DNA of 64,000 nucleotides from Cellvibrionales bacterium UBA7375 (GCA_949487135.1 CATAJQ010000029.1:51256-115255); one strand, 5' to 3'. Shown: positions 32,906 through 43,189, counted from the stretch's first letter. Made by a program: numbers and translations. The notes: generated by a model not told the origin, from the letters alone.

Positions 32906-34087
32906 GTGATTATTGCAGTTACACGGGAACTAGTTACAGGAGAAAAAAGGGTTTCACTATGCCCTGACAATGTCCAGTCGCTAATCGAAGCAGGAGCAGA
33001 CCTGTGGGTAGAGCAAAATGCCGGCGTTCAAGCGGGCTTTTCAGATGAAAAATATCAAGCAGTAGGTGCAAAAATCATCTCAGATAGAGATGAACTATTT
33101 GCGGGTGCTGACATTATTCTACAGGTTCAAAGTTTTGGCTCTAATACCGAAAATGCTGAAAACGATCTCAAGCGGCTCAAGCCCAAGCAGTTAGTCGTCG
33201 GCATGATGGATCCCTTAGCGCAGCCACAGGCTGCAAGTCAGGTAGCAAAAACCGGTGCCACCGGCGTAGCTCTAGAGATGGTTCCTCGTATCAGTCGCGC
33301 TCAAAGCATGGACGTTCTTTCATCAATGGCCACCCTTGCAGGCTATAGATCAGTTCTATTGGGTGCAGAAGCAGCGCCGAGAATTTTACCCATGCTTATG
33401 ACTGCGGCGGGCACATTACAGCCGGCTAGAGTCTTAATTATGGGTGTGGGTGTCGCAGGGTTACAAGCCTGTGCTACTGCCAAGAGATTGGGTGCGGTGG
33501 TTGAAGCCTATGATGTCAGGCCTGCAGCGCGCGAGCAAATTATTTCAGTAGGGGCAACGCCGGTAGAGCTAGATCTCCCCACTGAGGAGTCAGAAGGAGC
33601 GGGTGGCTATGCCAAAGAACAGAGCGAAGAGTTTCTTCAGCTACAAAGAAAATTAATGACTGAAGTGGTTGCGAGACAAGATATTATTATTACAACCGCA
33701 GCGGTTCCCGGTGCCAAATCACCCATCTTGGTAACAGAAGATATGCTTGTGGCTATGAAGTCTGGGTCAGTAGTAGTTGATCTAGCAGCAGAGCGCGGCG
33801 GCAATTGTGAACTTACCAAAATGGGTCAAACAACCGTTGAACATGGCGTTACCATTGTCGGGCCAGAGAATCTGGCCTCAGATGTTGCCTATCATGCCAG
33901 TCAGATGTATGGAAAAAATATACAAACCCTTCTAGAGTTAATTTTGCAGGATGGAAACATTAATCTAGATTTTGATGATGAGATTGTAGCCGGAACAGTG
34001 GTTGCTCATGATGGCGAAGTACCTCATCCCTACATGAGGAAACTACTCGATTTACCCGAATTAGATGTTGAAGCGCAGAGCAAATAA
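32906..34087 (+). CDS. pntA: NAD(P) transhydrogenase alpha subunit, domain I (PntAA)
   Basis: EKRVSL, RISRAQSMDVLSSMA, GVGVAGL, YDVRPA and VVVDLAAERGGNC; split-alpha architecture. Confidence 0.93.
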   Translation: MIIAVTRELVTGEKRVSLCPDNVQSLIEAGADLWVEQNAGVQAGFSDEKYQAVGAKIISDRDELFAGADIILQVQSFGSNTENAENDLKRLKPKQLVVGMMDPLAQPQAASQVAKTGATGVALEMVPRISRAQSMDVLSSMATLAGYRSVLLGAEAAPRILPMLMTAAGTLQPARVLIMGVGVAGLQACATAKRLGAVVEAYDVRPAAREQIISVGATPVELDLPTEESEGAGGYAKEQSEEFLQLQRKLMTEVVARQDIIITTAAVPGAKSPILVTEDMLVAMKSGSVVVDLAAERGGNCELTKMGQTTVEHGVTIVGPENLASDVAYHASQMYGKNIQTLLELILQDGNINLDFDDEIVAGTVVAHDGEVPHPYMRKLLDLPELDVEAQSK

Positions 34088-34099
34088 AGGACTAAGACA

Positions 34100-34381
34100 T
34101 TGGAAATTTTAATTCTATTACTCGCACTATTCGTATTGTCCCTGTTTTTAGGGGTTGAGCTAATTGTTAAGGTCCCACCTACCTTGCATACACCCTTAAT
34201 GTCTGGCACCAATGCCGTTTCCGGTATTACCCTTGTTGGAGCACTGCTTGCAGCGGGGTCAGATACCTCACCCATGCTAGTTAACGTGTTGGGCTTTTTA
34301 GCCGTTACCTTTGCCACCATTAATGTGATCGGCGGTTATTTGGTAACCAATCGTATGCTCTCGATGTTTAAAAGGAAGTAA
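34100..34381 (+). CDS. NAD(P) transhydrogenase alpha subunit, membrane part (PntAB)
   Basis: VPPTLHTPLMSGTNAVSG and INVIGGYLVTNRMLSMF. Confidence 0.93.
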   Translation: MEILILLLALFVLSLFLGVELIVKVPPTLHTPLMSGTNAVSGITLVGALLAAGSDTSPMLVNVLGFLAVTFATINVIGGYLVTNRMLSMFKRK

Positions 34382-34384
34382 CCT

Positions 34385-35830
34385 ATGAGCCCTTTAATAG
34401 TAAATTTAGTGTATTTGGTTGCCGGAATCTTATTTATTCTTGGTATCAAGGGTCTTACTAAGCCCTCTACCGCGGTGAGAGGCAATCTTTTATCCGCGAC
34501 AGGTATGCTGATTGCCGTGGTAATTACATTGCTTAATTCTGAAATTGTTAACTTTTCCTACATTATTGCTGGGGTACTATTTGGCGGCGCCGTAGGTGCC
34601 TTTATGGCTTTGCGCATTCAAATGACCTCTATGCCGCAAATGGTTGCGCTACTTAATGGTTTTGGTGGTGGAGCCTCGCTGACTATCGCATCAGCCGAAT
34701 ATTTTTCGGTATTAAATATAGATGCTCATTTATTCGCCGATCTTTTAGAGCCTGTGGCTTTGGGGGCAGACGCATTTGGTCTTGGAGCTGTTGGTCAGGT
34801 AACCCTTATCTCAATTGGTTTAACCATTCTTATTGGCGCTGTAACCCTAACCGGAAGTCTAGTCGCTTTTGCCAAACTTCAGGGTTTGATTAAGAGAAAC
34901 GTCGGTCTGCCCGGCGGTCCTTTAGGCAACGCTCTATTGTTAATAGGTGCGCTGACGGCGCTGGTCTGTATCCTTATAAACCCAAGCCAAGCAGTTACTA
35001 TTTTGGCGTTGGTGGCATTGGCTTTATTACTTGGCCTATTTTTGGTACTTCCTATCGGCGGTGCTGATATGCCGGTGGTTATTGCATTACTTAATTCATA
35101 TTCAGGTTTAGCAGCTGCCTTGGCAGGCTTTATCTTAGGTAATACTGTTCTTATTGTTGCTGGTTCTCTTGTGGGAACATCAGGTCTGATTCTGACAAAG
35201 ATTATGTGTGTGGCCATGAATCGCTCACTGGGCAATGTATTATTTGGCAAAATGGCTGCTGCCGGTGAAGTGGTAGATGCCGATGAGATTTATGCCGGTA
35301 AGGTCACCAGTGCTCAGCCCGATGAAGTAGCTATGATGCTAGAGGTTGCCAAGCGCGTGGTGATAGTCCCGGGTTACGGAATGGCCATGGCGCAGGCGCA
35401 ACATGCTGTGCGCGAATTAGCTGATTCTATGGAAAGTAGGGGGATAGAGGTTGAGTACGGTATTCATCCTGTTGCCGGTCGTATGCCCGGACATATGAAC
35501 GTATTGTTGGCAGAGGCAGAAGTGCCCTATGACAAGCTAGTCGAAATGGATTGTATTAACCCAACCTTTGAAGATACCGATGTTGTGATTGTTATTGGTG
35601 CTAATGATGTGACCAACCCGATGGCGCGTGAAGCAGAGGGAAGTCCGATCTATGGTATGCCGATTCTAAATGTCGACAAAGCCAAAAATGTAGTGGTTAT
35701 AAAGCGCTCTCTAAGTCCCGGGTTTGCCGGTTTACCCAATCCGCTTTTTGCTATGGACCATACATTGATGGTTTATGGTGATGGTAAGAAGGCAGTTGTT
35801 GAAATGACCACGGCCTTAAATCATAGCTAA
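34385..35830 (+). CDS. pntB: NAD(P) transhydrogenase beta subunit
   Basis: MTSMPQMVALLNGFGG, IGGADMPVVIALLNSYSG and IHPVAGRMPGHMNVLLAEA. Confidence 0.96.
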   Translation: MSPLIVNLVYLVAGILFILGIKGLTKPSTAVRGNLLSATGMLIAVVITLLNSEIVNFSYIIAGVLFGGAVGAFMALRIQMTSMPQMVALLNGFGGGASLTIASAEYFSVLNIDAHLFADLLEPVALGADAFGLGAVGQVTLISIGLTILIGAVTLTGSLVAFAKLQGLIKRNVGLPGGPLGNALLLIGALTALVCILINPSQAVTILALVALALLLGLFLVLPIGGADMPVVIALLNSYSGLAAALAGFILGNTVLIVAGSLVGTSGLILTKIMCVAMNRSLGNVLFGKMAAAGEVVDADEIYAGKVTSAQPDEVAMMLEVAKRVVIVPGYGMAMAQAQHAVRELADSMESRGIEVEYGIHPVAGRMPGHMNVLLAEAEVPYDKLVEMDCINPTFEDTDVVIVIGANDVTNPMAREAEGSPIYGMPILNVDKAKNVVVIKRSLSPGFAGLPNPLFAMDHTLMVYGDGKKAVVEMTTALNHS

Positions 35831-35840
35831 GTAGATAAGC

Positions 35841-36326
35841 CTATGGAGCCTCAACCAAGAAAGGTTCAGGCTCCATAAAGACTAAACGAACAACCATGCA
35901 ATCGCTTTGCGCATGAACTGCCATCATAAGCACATTGATATGCTCATCTATTTGGAGTCCACTAGGCAAGTTAAATAAAACCTCGCCGGTCTCTTGATTG
36001 GTTAATGTGCGAAGTGTCTTAAGTTCCTTATCTTTTCTAACCTCGGTTTCAAACTTTTGCAGCAATGCTCGAACTGAGACATCAAAGTTAGGATAATTAA
36101 ACTTACCGCGAAATTCCTTTCGATCGATTTCGAGCTTTAACGGAATAACTTCACCGGTTTTCTCTGATTTAAGTTGACCGCCTTTTAGCGTTTCACCCTG
36201 TTTAAGTTGCTTAAACAGACTTTTAGCATCGCTAGAGTTCTGTTTGATGAAACCGGCAACAATAAGATTTACCCCGATATTAAACAGCTTTCTTGGGTCA
36301 ATATTATTATTTGGTGCAGTTTCCAT
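35841..36326 (-). CDS. Hypothetical protein (161 aa), co-oriented downstream of purC
   Basis: Long open frame with globular-protein composition, starting 18 bp after purC; no recognisable motif. Confidence 0.75.
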   Translation of the reverse strand: METAPNNNIDPRKLFNIGVNLIVAGFIKQNSSDAKSLFKQLKQGETLKGGQLKSEKTGEVIPLKLEIDRKEFRGKFNYPNFDVSVRALLQKFETEVRKDKELKTLRTLTNQETGEVLFNLPSGLQIDEHINVLMMAVHAQSDCMVVRLVFMEPEPFLVEAP

Positions 36327-36344
36327 ATTCAGTCACTCAGATAT

Positions 36345-37448
36345 TTAATCGATAAGATTATATTTGCTGCTTAAGATATCAATAATTTCAGCTTTTGGAT
36401 TCGACGATAGTGGCAGTGGTTGGCCAGTTATCTTTTCCGCCAGGCTTACGTAGGTGTTTGATACTTCCATCATCATCGATTCGGGTAGCTCATTGTCTTT
36501 AGCCAATGCGTAGCGCTCATCCATACGATTTTTATCCAGAAGAATATCTGAGTCCTCAAAATGTTTAAGAAGTAGTTGACGAAACACCTCTTTAGAATTT
36601 TCGACCACCGAGCCGCCTCTGTAATGCTCGCCATCCCAGATGCGCGAGGAGTCAGGGGTGCCCACCTCATCCATATAGATAAGTTTGTCATTGCCAGCGG
36701 CATCTTTTACATAACCAAATTCAAATTTCGTATCGACAAAAATTTGGTCTAAATTAGCCAGTTCATCACTAATGACATCAAAACCTTGCTGCAATAATTC
36801 TTCATACACATTGATATCTTCAAGGGAATTAAATTTGAAGGCAGCGTGGTTGTTCTCGATATCCGAGCGCGAGATATTGACATCGTCCACTTCAGGAACG
36901 CCGGGAATTCCCTTAAGGATACCCTTAGTTGATGGCGTGATCAGTAATTCGGGTAGTTTTTGATCTTTCTCAAGGCCATCAGTTAGCTCAATACCACAGA
37001 AGTTGCGCTCGCCTTTAACATAAGAGCGCCACATAGAGCCAGTGATGTACTGACGACAAATAGCTTCAATCATGACTGGCTTGGCTTTTTGCACAATCCA
37101 TACCAAGGGGTGCGGGATATCCAGAATATGACTATCAGCCAGATTGTTTTCACGAAACAACTTAAACCAGTGGTTAGAGATAGCGTTTAATGCAGCACCC
37201 TTACCGGGAACTCCCTGCATATTACCTTCGCCTTTCCAGATACATTCAAAAGCAGAAATCCGATCGCTAATTACCATGATCGCCAGCGGTGAATCCGGCG
37301 CTACATCATAGTTATTTTCTTCAATAAGTCTGCGGCTGTCTTCTTCCGTCAGCCAATAAACAGAGCGAACTTTGCCGCTATGTACAGGTAAATTTGTTCG
37401 GATTGGTAAATCATTGTTTACCGACAACACTTTGTCAGCGAGGCTCAT
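36345..37448 (-). CDS. purC: SAICAR synthase, long Vibrio-type
   Basis: [26 protein letters not shown] and [12 protein letters not shown]; 367 aa. Confidence 0.92.
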   Translation of the reverse strand: MSLADKVLSVNNDLPIRTNLPVHSGKVRSVYWLTEEDSRRLIEENNYDVAPDSPLAIMVISDRISAFECIWKGEGNMQGVPGKGAALNAISNHWFKLFRENNLADSHILDIPHPLVWIVQKAKPVMIEAICRQYITGSMWRSYVKGERNFCGIELTDGLEKDQKLPELLITPSTKGILKGIPGVPEVDDVNISRSDIENNHAAFKFNSLEDINVYEELLQQGFDVISDELANLDQIFVDTKFEFGYVKDAAGNDKLIYMDEVGTPDSSRIWDGEHYRGGSVVENSKEVFRQLLLKHFEDSDILLDKNRMDERYALAKDNELPESMMMEVSNTYVSLAEKITGQPLPLSSNPKAEIIDILSSKYNLID

Positions 37449-37600
37449 AGTTGGTACCCAGATATAAAAGTAAAAGAGAATGATTGAATTAACTAAACCA
37501 CTATTTTAGCAATACAAATCACAGCAAGCAAAACAATCTAGGCAGAATCTCCAGCAGTTGCGTATTATTACTAATAATTGGATTTTCCTAAGGGTTTAAT

Positions 37601-38503
37601 ATGAAAACTATTCTGGTCACAGGCGGTAGCGGTTTTATAGGTCGCAACCTGTGTCGCACCATGCTGACCAACGATTGGCAGGTGATTGTTCACAGTCGAA
37701 ACCCAGGTAAGGCCGCTAATATACTGCCCTCATCAGTTATGCTTATATCTGACCTAAATCAATTAACCCAGTCAGTAGATATATTGATTAATCTTGCCGG
37801 TGCGCCTATAGCGGACAAGCGGTGGAGTGTGAAGCGCAAAGCGGCACTTACCGAAAGTCGCATTCAAACTACACAAAAACTCTATAAGTATTTCAAAGAT
37901 TGTAAACAGCCACCCTCCATTGTGATCAGTGGTTCAGCCATAGGTTATTACGGTGGTGGGCTAGCCAATAATCAGCCAGTCACCGAAGAGGGTGCAGTAG
38001 CACCTAATTTCTCAAGTCAGCTTTGTGCAGATTGGGAAAGCAGCGCCCAGCAATTTGAAAACCTAGGCTCTCGAGTCTGCTGTTTAAGAACAGGTATTGT
38101 TCTAGGAGAGCAGGGTGCGCTAGGCAAGCTTTTACCGCCCTTTAAGCTAGGTTTAGGCGGCCCAATAGCCACAGGCCAGCAATGGATGCCGTGGATTCAT
38201 ATCGACGATATGGTGAATATTATTATCTATGCTATTAAAAATGATATTTCGGGCCCAGTAAATTGCACAGCACCGAAGCCAGTAACTAATAAAGAATTTG
38301 CCAAAACATTGGCTAAAGTATTAAAGCGACCCGCTATAGCACCTATGCCGGCAGTGGTTGTTAAGTTATTGTTTGGGCAGATGGGTGATGAGTTAATGCT
38401 TCAGGGGCAGTGTGTTATTCCGCAAAAACTGCAACAGCAGGGTTATCAGTTTACCTATAACAATCTTGCAAGTGCCTTGGGGCAATTACTAAATACTAAC
38501 TAG
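37601..38503 (+). CDS. TIGR01777/YfcH-family NAD-dependent epimerase-like protein
   Basis: TGGSGFIG, NLAGAPIADKRWS, GSAIGYYG, LRTGIVLG and GQQWMPWIH. Confidence 0.9.
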   Translation: MKTILVTGGSGFIGRNLCRTMLTNDWQVIVHSRNPGKAANILPSSVMLISDLNQLTQSVDILINLAGAPIADKRWSVKRKAALTESRIQTTQKLYKYFKDCKQPPSIVISGSAIGYYGGGLANNQPVTEEGAVAPNFSSQLCADWESSAQQFENLGSRVCCLRTGIVLGEQGALGKLLPPFKLGLGGPIATGQQWMPWIHIDDMVNIIIYAIKNDISGPVNCTAPKPVTNKEFAKTLAKVLKRPAIAPMPAVVVKLLFGQMGDELMLQGQCVIPQKLQQQGYQFTYNNLASALGQLLNTN

Positions 38504-38521
38504 TAACTCAGATTGCAGTGG

Positions 38522-39736
38522 TTATTGCGTCACCAATAAATCTTTCAATACCTGCTCACAGCTAGGTAAATCCATAAATTTGGGTACTGGATAATCGGGG
38601 TGAGCTTCTTTCAAGGCTTGTTTAGCCAGCGCGGGAATATCCTGAGGCCTTAAGTCGACTATATCAGTGGGAATCCCCATCTGTTGATTTAACGCCTCAA
38701 TTGCTTCAATAAACGCCAATGCTTTGGCGGCCAAAGAGGTTTTATCAACACCTATTTGGCAATGGTTTGCTAATGTGGCTAATTTGCCCTGTACAGAAGG
38801 GCCATACCAGCGCAATACCTTGGGGAGAATAATGGCATTAGCAAGACCATGGGCTGTACCGTAACGCCCACCCAGACTATGGGCAATGGCGTGGATATAG
38901 CCGACAGAGGCACGGGTAAAAGCTTCGCCCGCATAAAAAGACGCCAGTAGCATATTCTCTCTATATTGATGATTACGCCCATGCTGATAGGCGGCTAAAA
39001 GGTTAGCGAAAATTAAACCGCAGGCATCCATTGATTTTTGATAGGTAAAGTTGGTTCCAATAATCCCAATATAAGCCTCAATGGCATGGGTTAGGGCATC
39101 CATTCCGCTATTAGCAGTAATCTGAGGTGGTAAGTCGTATGTTAGCTTAGGGATAAGTACCGCCGCTTTAGGGCATAGGCAAAGATCAGTAACAGCAAAT
39201 TTCTGTTTTGCTACAGGGTCAAACACTACGGCGGCAACGGTTGTTTCTGAGCCGGTGCCAGCGGTTGTGGGTATAGCATAAATAGGCGGTAGTTTACGGC
39301 GTATTTTAAACAACCCCCTAAGTTGAAGGGTGGTTTTATCAGGTCTAGCAGCTCGAGCACCAACCAATTTCCCGCAATCCATCACTGAGCCGCCGCCGAG
39401 ACATATAATCCCTATGCACTGGGTTTGTTGGTAGTGGTTTAAAGCCTGTTCAATATTGTCGATAGGATTATTTGGCTCAACATCGCTATACAGTTCAGGG
39501 GCAATACTGTTTTTAGCAAGTTGATCGGATAGTTCTCTGTGTAAGCCTAGGGTATAAATCTGCTTATCAGTAACCAGCAGTAATCGATTGAGTTTATTGC
39601 TTTGTAAATGGGCAATTAGGTCCTCAAGCGCATTATCGCCTCTAAATAAAATAGGACTGGGGGGCGGAAGAAAACGAATTAATAGCTTCAAGCCATAGTG
39701 ATACAGTCGATAAAAAAAGGTCGATATATTTAGCAT
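38522..39736 (-). CDS. Iron-containing alcohol dehydrogenase
   Basis: GGGSVMD, PTTAGTGSE, DALTHAIE, GYIHAIAH and HGLANA metal-ligand motifs. Confidence 0.9.
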   Translation of the reverse strand: MLNISTFFYRLYHYGLKLLIRFLPPPSPILFRGDNALEDLIAHLQSNKLNRLLLVTDKQIYTLGLHRELSDQLAKNSIAPELYSDVEPNNPIDNIEQALNHYQQTQCIGIICLGGGSVMDCGKLVGARAARPDKTTLQLRGLFKIRRKLPPIYAIPTTAGTGSETTVAAVVFDPVAKQKFAVTDLCLCPKAAVLIPKLTYDLPPQITANSGMDALTHAIEAYIGIIGTNFTYQKSMDACGLIFANLLAAYQHGRNHQYRENMLLASFYAGEAFTRASVGYIHAIAHSLGGRYGTAHGLANAIILPKVLRWYGPSVQGKLATLANHCQIGVDKTSLAAKALAFIEAIEALNQQMGIPTDIVDLRPQDIPALAKQALKEAHPDYPVPKFMDLPSCEQVLKDLLVTQ

Positions 39737-39936
39737 AAAGCGCTCATTTTATTGCTAGAAATTCCACAATAGTTTTTTTCTAGGCTTTAATCAATATGAC
39801 GAATGGATTGGCATGTCTTGATGTAATATACAAATCATTGTAAATCTTTGCGAAAAATAGCAAAAATCAATCTAGCCACATGTTAATTCATGTAACATGT
39901 GTGATGTGTTAATTTTTTTAGAGAATCGACTTTGCT

Positions 39937-40713
39937 ATGAAGCTAAATTATAACGAGCAGGGGGGTGGCCACTCTGTTTTTCTTATTCATGGCTTATTTG
40001 GCTCCCTGTCTAATTTAGGTAATTTAGCTCGTGTGCTTGAGTCTAATTATCGAGTGATTTCTGTCGATCTTCGCAACCATGGCGACTCGTCTCATAGCGA
40101 AGAAATGAGCTTGGAATCTATGGCTTTAGATATTGTTGAATTAATGGACGGTTTGTCGATTGCTAGTGCTTTTTTTGTAGGTCATTCACTGGGTGGAAAG
40201 GTGGCTATGCAGTTGGCCATGGTCGAGCCCGAAAGAGTAAAAAGCTTAGTGGTGGCTGATATAGCGCCGGTTAAATATAAAGAAAATAATATTAATATAA
40301 TCAATAATTTATATGATTTATCTAATGTTTTAATTAAAGATAGAAAGGCGGCGGATTCCTTTTTGTCGGAGCGAGGTATTGAGCTTTCGGTTAGAGCTTT
40401 TTTATTAAAAAACCTTCGTCGTAATACAGAGGGTAATTTTGAACTTAAGATTAATATTGATGCCATTAAAGCTAATTACGAAAGCCATTTATCGGCTGCG
40501 CCAGAAGGTGATATTTTTACCAATCCCTGCCTGTTTTTAAAGGCTGAAAATTCCGATTACATAGAACAAAAACATCTACCGATAATCCAGTCTTTATTCC
40601 CTCAATCTGTGTTGCAAACGGTTGAAAATGTCGGTCATTGGTTACATGCAGAAAAGCCGGAATTATTTAATCAACTTGTTTTGCAATTTATTGGTGAAAT
40701 GTCTGAACAATAA
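39937..40713 (+). CDS. Alpha/beta-hydrolase esterase (YbfF-like)
   Basis: HGLFGS, DLRNHG, GHSLGG nucleophile elbow and GHWLHAEKP. Confidence 0.88.
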   Translation: MKLNYNEQGGGHSVFLIHGLFGSLSNLGNLARVLESNYRVISVDLRNHGDSSHSEEMSLESMALDIVELMDGLSIASAFFVGHSLGGKVAMQLAMVEPERVKSLVVADIAPVKYKENNINIINNLYDLSNVLIKDRKAADSFLSERGIELSVRAFLLKNLRRNTEGNFELKINIDAIKANYESHLSAAPEGDIFTNPCLFLKAENSDYIEQKHLPIIQSLFPQSVLQTVENVGHWLHAEKPELFNQLVLQFIGEMSEQ

Positions 40714-40768
40714 GATCAATCCGTAGTAAAATGTCGTCATTAACTGGTTGTAGTTAGGAGCTACCTAA

Positions 40769-41965
40769 ATGTTTGAGAGTTTAAAGCCTGTTGCAGGTGA
40801 CCCTATTTTAGGACTAATGGCAGCTTTTAGGGCTGATGATAGAGCGCATAAGATCGATTTAGGCGTCGGTGTTTATCAAGATGATAAGGGCCACACCCCA
40901 GTGATGGAGTCGGTTAAACTGGCTGAAGCGCGGTTGATGGAACTTGAAAATACCAAGGCTTATCAGGGTATTGCTGGTGATGCCGGCTATAACAAGCTGA
41001 TGATGGCGTTATTATTTGGCGCAGATCACAGTGTTCTACAATCAGATCGACTGGTTACTCTTCAGGCTCCGGGTGGCTCAGGCTCTCTTCGTGTTGGTGC
41101 AGAGGTTGTTCAGCGTGCACGCCCTGATGCCAAGCTATGGGTTGGTGTACCAACCTGGCCTAATCATATTCCACTGATGGGCAGTGCTGGCTTTGAGATT
41201 GAAGAATATCCTTACTACGATAAAAGTACCCATAGTATTAATATCGATGCCATGATAGAAACCTTAAATCGTGTACCAGCAGGTGATGTGGTGTTATTGC
41301 ACGGTTGTTGTCACAACCCTACAGGTGCTGACTTACAGCCTGAACACTGGGATCAAATTGCCGACATAGCCCTCGAAAGAGGCTTAATTCCATTCATAGA
41401 TATTGCCTATCAAGGATTGGGTCAGGGTTTAGACGCTGATGCCTATGGTTTGCGTATGATGGCGGATCGCTTACCTGAACTTTTGGTTGCTTCGTCATGT
41501 TCAAAGAATTTTGGTTTATACCGTGAACGTACCGGTTCTATCACCTTAGTAGCTGAATCTGCTGAGCAAGCGAAGATTGTTTCGGCTCAGTCTATGTCTA
41601 TTGCGCGTCAAATTTACTCTATGCCACCGGCTCATGGTGCCTTACTGGTATCGTTAATTTTGGGGGATGATGAGTTGCGTGCTAATTGGCAGGCAGAGTT
41701 GGAAGAAGTTAGATTACGTATCAAATCAATGCGTACTTTTCTGACTGACGGTATTAATGATAATGCTGCCGGTATGGACTTTAGTCATATTAAGCAGCAG
41801 CAGGGTATGTTCTCTTTCTTAGGAATTACCTCAGACCAATTGAACCGTCTTCGCGATGAGTTTGCGATCTATATTGTTGGCTCAACGCGAGTGAATTTGG
41901 CCGGTATCAATTCTACTAATATCGAGTATCTTACTCAGTCAATTAGAACGGTATTGGATTCATAA
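40769..41965 (+). CDS. aspC: Aspartate/aromatic amino acid aminotransferase, class I
   Basis: DLGVGVY, HGCCHNPTG, SCSKNFGLYRER (PLP Lys) and GMFSF. aspC versus tyrB cannot be resolved. Confidence 0.85.
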   Translation: MFESLKPVAGDPILGLMAAFRADDRAHKIDLGVGVYQDDKGHTPVMESVKLAEARLMELENTKAYQGIAGDAGYNKLMMALLFGADHSVLQSDRLVTLQAPGGSGSLRVGAEVVQRARPDAKLWVGVPTWPNHIPLMGSAGFEIEEYPYYDKSTHSINIDAMIETLNRVPAGDVVLLHGCCHNPTGADLQPEHWDQIADIALERGLIPFIDIAYQGLGQGLDADAYGLRMMADRLPELLVASSCSKNFGLYRERTGSITLVAESAEQAKIVSAQSMSIARQIYSMPPAHGALLVSLILGDDELRANWQAELEEVRLRIKSMRTFLTDGINDNAAGMDFSHIKQQQGMFSFLGITSDQLNRLRDEFAIYIVGSTRVNLAGINSTNIEYLTQSIRTVLDS

Positions 41966-41966
41966 T

Positions 41967-42191
41967 CTAATTATTGAGTAATTTCGTTCCCAATAAAAAA
42001 TACCCTCCATTGTAACTACTATGCAATATGATGGAGGGCGGTAACCTACTATAGCATTCCTTTGCAAAGCCAAAAATCATTGAAGGTATAAAGGTGCACA
42101 ATGCCAATAAAAGCGGCTGTGCAAATAGATGTACTAGAGCGAAAACACTACTGGTCATTATATTTGCTTGGGTAATGTTAATATCTGTCAA
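41967..42191 (-). pseudogene. C-terminal relic of a CPBP (Abi/CAAX protease) family intramembrane protease
   Basis: ANIMTSSVFALVH (FxxxH motif), FIPSMIFG and IILHSSYN (HxxxN motif). The N-terminal EExxxR motif is missing, an in-frame TAA lies 3 codons upstream of the TTG, and there is no SD. Confidence 0.7.
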
Positions 42192-42269
42192 TAAATTTTA
42201 TTTAACGATTATGCATCTGTAGACTGCTAGTCTGTATAATCATTGGTTTATTATGGGTAGCCGCAAAAT

Positions 42270-43163
42270 ATGTCATATTTCCAAAAAATCGGATTGCTTA
42301 GCAGTATTGACGCACTAGAGGTTAAGCAATCTATCCAAAAACTAGATTCGTTTCTGCAAGGGCAGGGGCGTGATGTGGTGTATGAACAGAAAACTGCAGA
42401 ATTAGTTGATTGGACGGTCAAAAACACCCTTGGTCTGAATGAATTTTTAGCAGCGATTGATTTGGTGATTGTTGTCGGTGGTGATGGCAGTATTCTTAGT
42501 GCCTGCCGCAAAATAGCCGCCAGTGATGTGCCTTTGTTAGGCATTAACTTGGGACGGCTCGGTTTCTTGACCGATATTACCCCAGATGAAATTGAACATC
42601 GTGTGGCGCCTGTATTAGCCGGTGAGTATAAGCAAACTGAGCGATTTATGCTCAATACCAGTATTTCGCGCAACGGTGAAGAGATCGGTTCAGGTACTGC
42701 TTTAAACGATGTGGTGCTTCACCCTGGTATGTCGGTGCGTATGATGGAGTTTGAACTCTATGTCGATGGTGAATTTGTCTATAGTCAGCGCTCAGACGGG
42801 CTTATTGTAGCCACACCAACCGGCTCAACAGCCTATGCATTATCTGCTGGCGGTCCACTTATCTGTCCTGAGATCGATGCTATGGTGTGTGTACCCTTAA
42901 ATCCGCATACGCTGAGTAGCAGGCCTATTGTTCTTCACGGTGATTCTGAAATAGAAATCAGAGTTAATTCAAAGCATGAATTACATCCATCGGTGACCTG
43001 TGATGGTCAAGATGATTTGCTCACTGAACCCGGCGACACGATTCGCATCAAAAAGCATCAATATGCCATTTCTTTAATTCACCCCAAAGATAATAATTTT
43101 TACAAAGTTTCACGTTCAAAGTTAGGCTGGGGAAGTCGTTTGGGCGTAAAGATAGAAAGGTAA
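42270..43163 (+). CDS. nadK: NAD kinase
   Basis: VGGDGSIL, GINLGRLGFL, ALNDVV and DGLIVATPTGSTAYALSAGGP; TATAAT at 42235-42240. Confidence 0.96.
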   Translation: MSYFQKIGLLSSIDALEVKQSIQKLDSFLQGQGRDVVYEQKTAELVDWTVKNTLGLNEFLAAIDLVIVVGGDGSILSACRKIAASDVPLLGINLGRLGFLTDITPDEIEHRVAPVLAGEYKQTERFMLNTSISRNGEEIGSGTALNDVVLHPGMSVRMMEFELYVDGEFVYSQRSDGLIVATPTGSTAYALSAGGPLICPEIDAMVCVPLNPHTLSSRPIVLHGDSEIEIRVNSKHELHPSVTCDGQDDLLTEPGDTIRIKKHQYAISLIHPKDNNFYKVSRSKLGWGSRLGVKIER

Positions 43164-43189
43164 CTTAATACCGGTACCTAGAGGGAATT

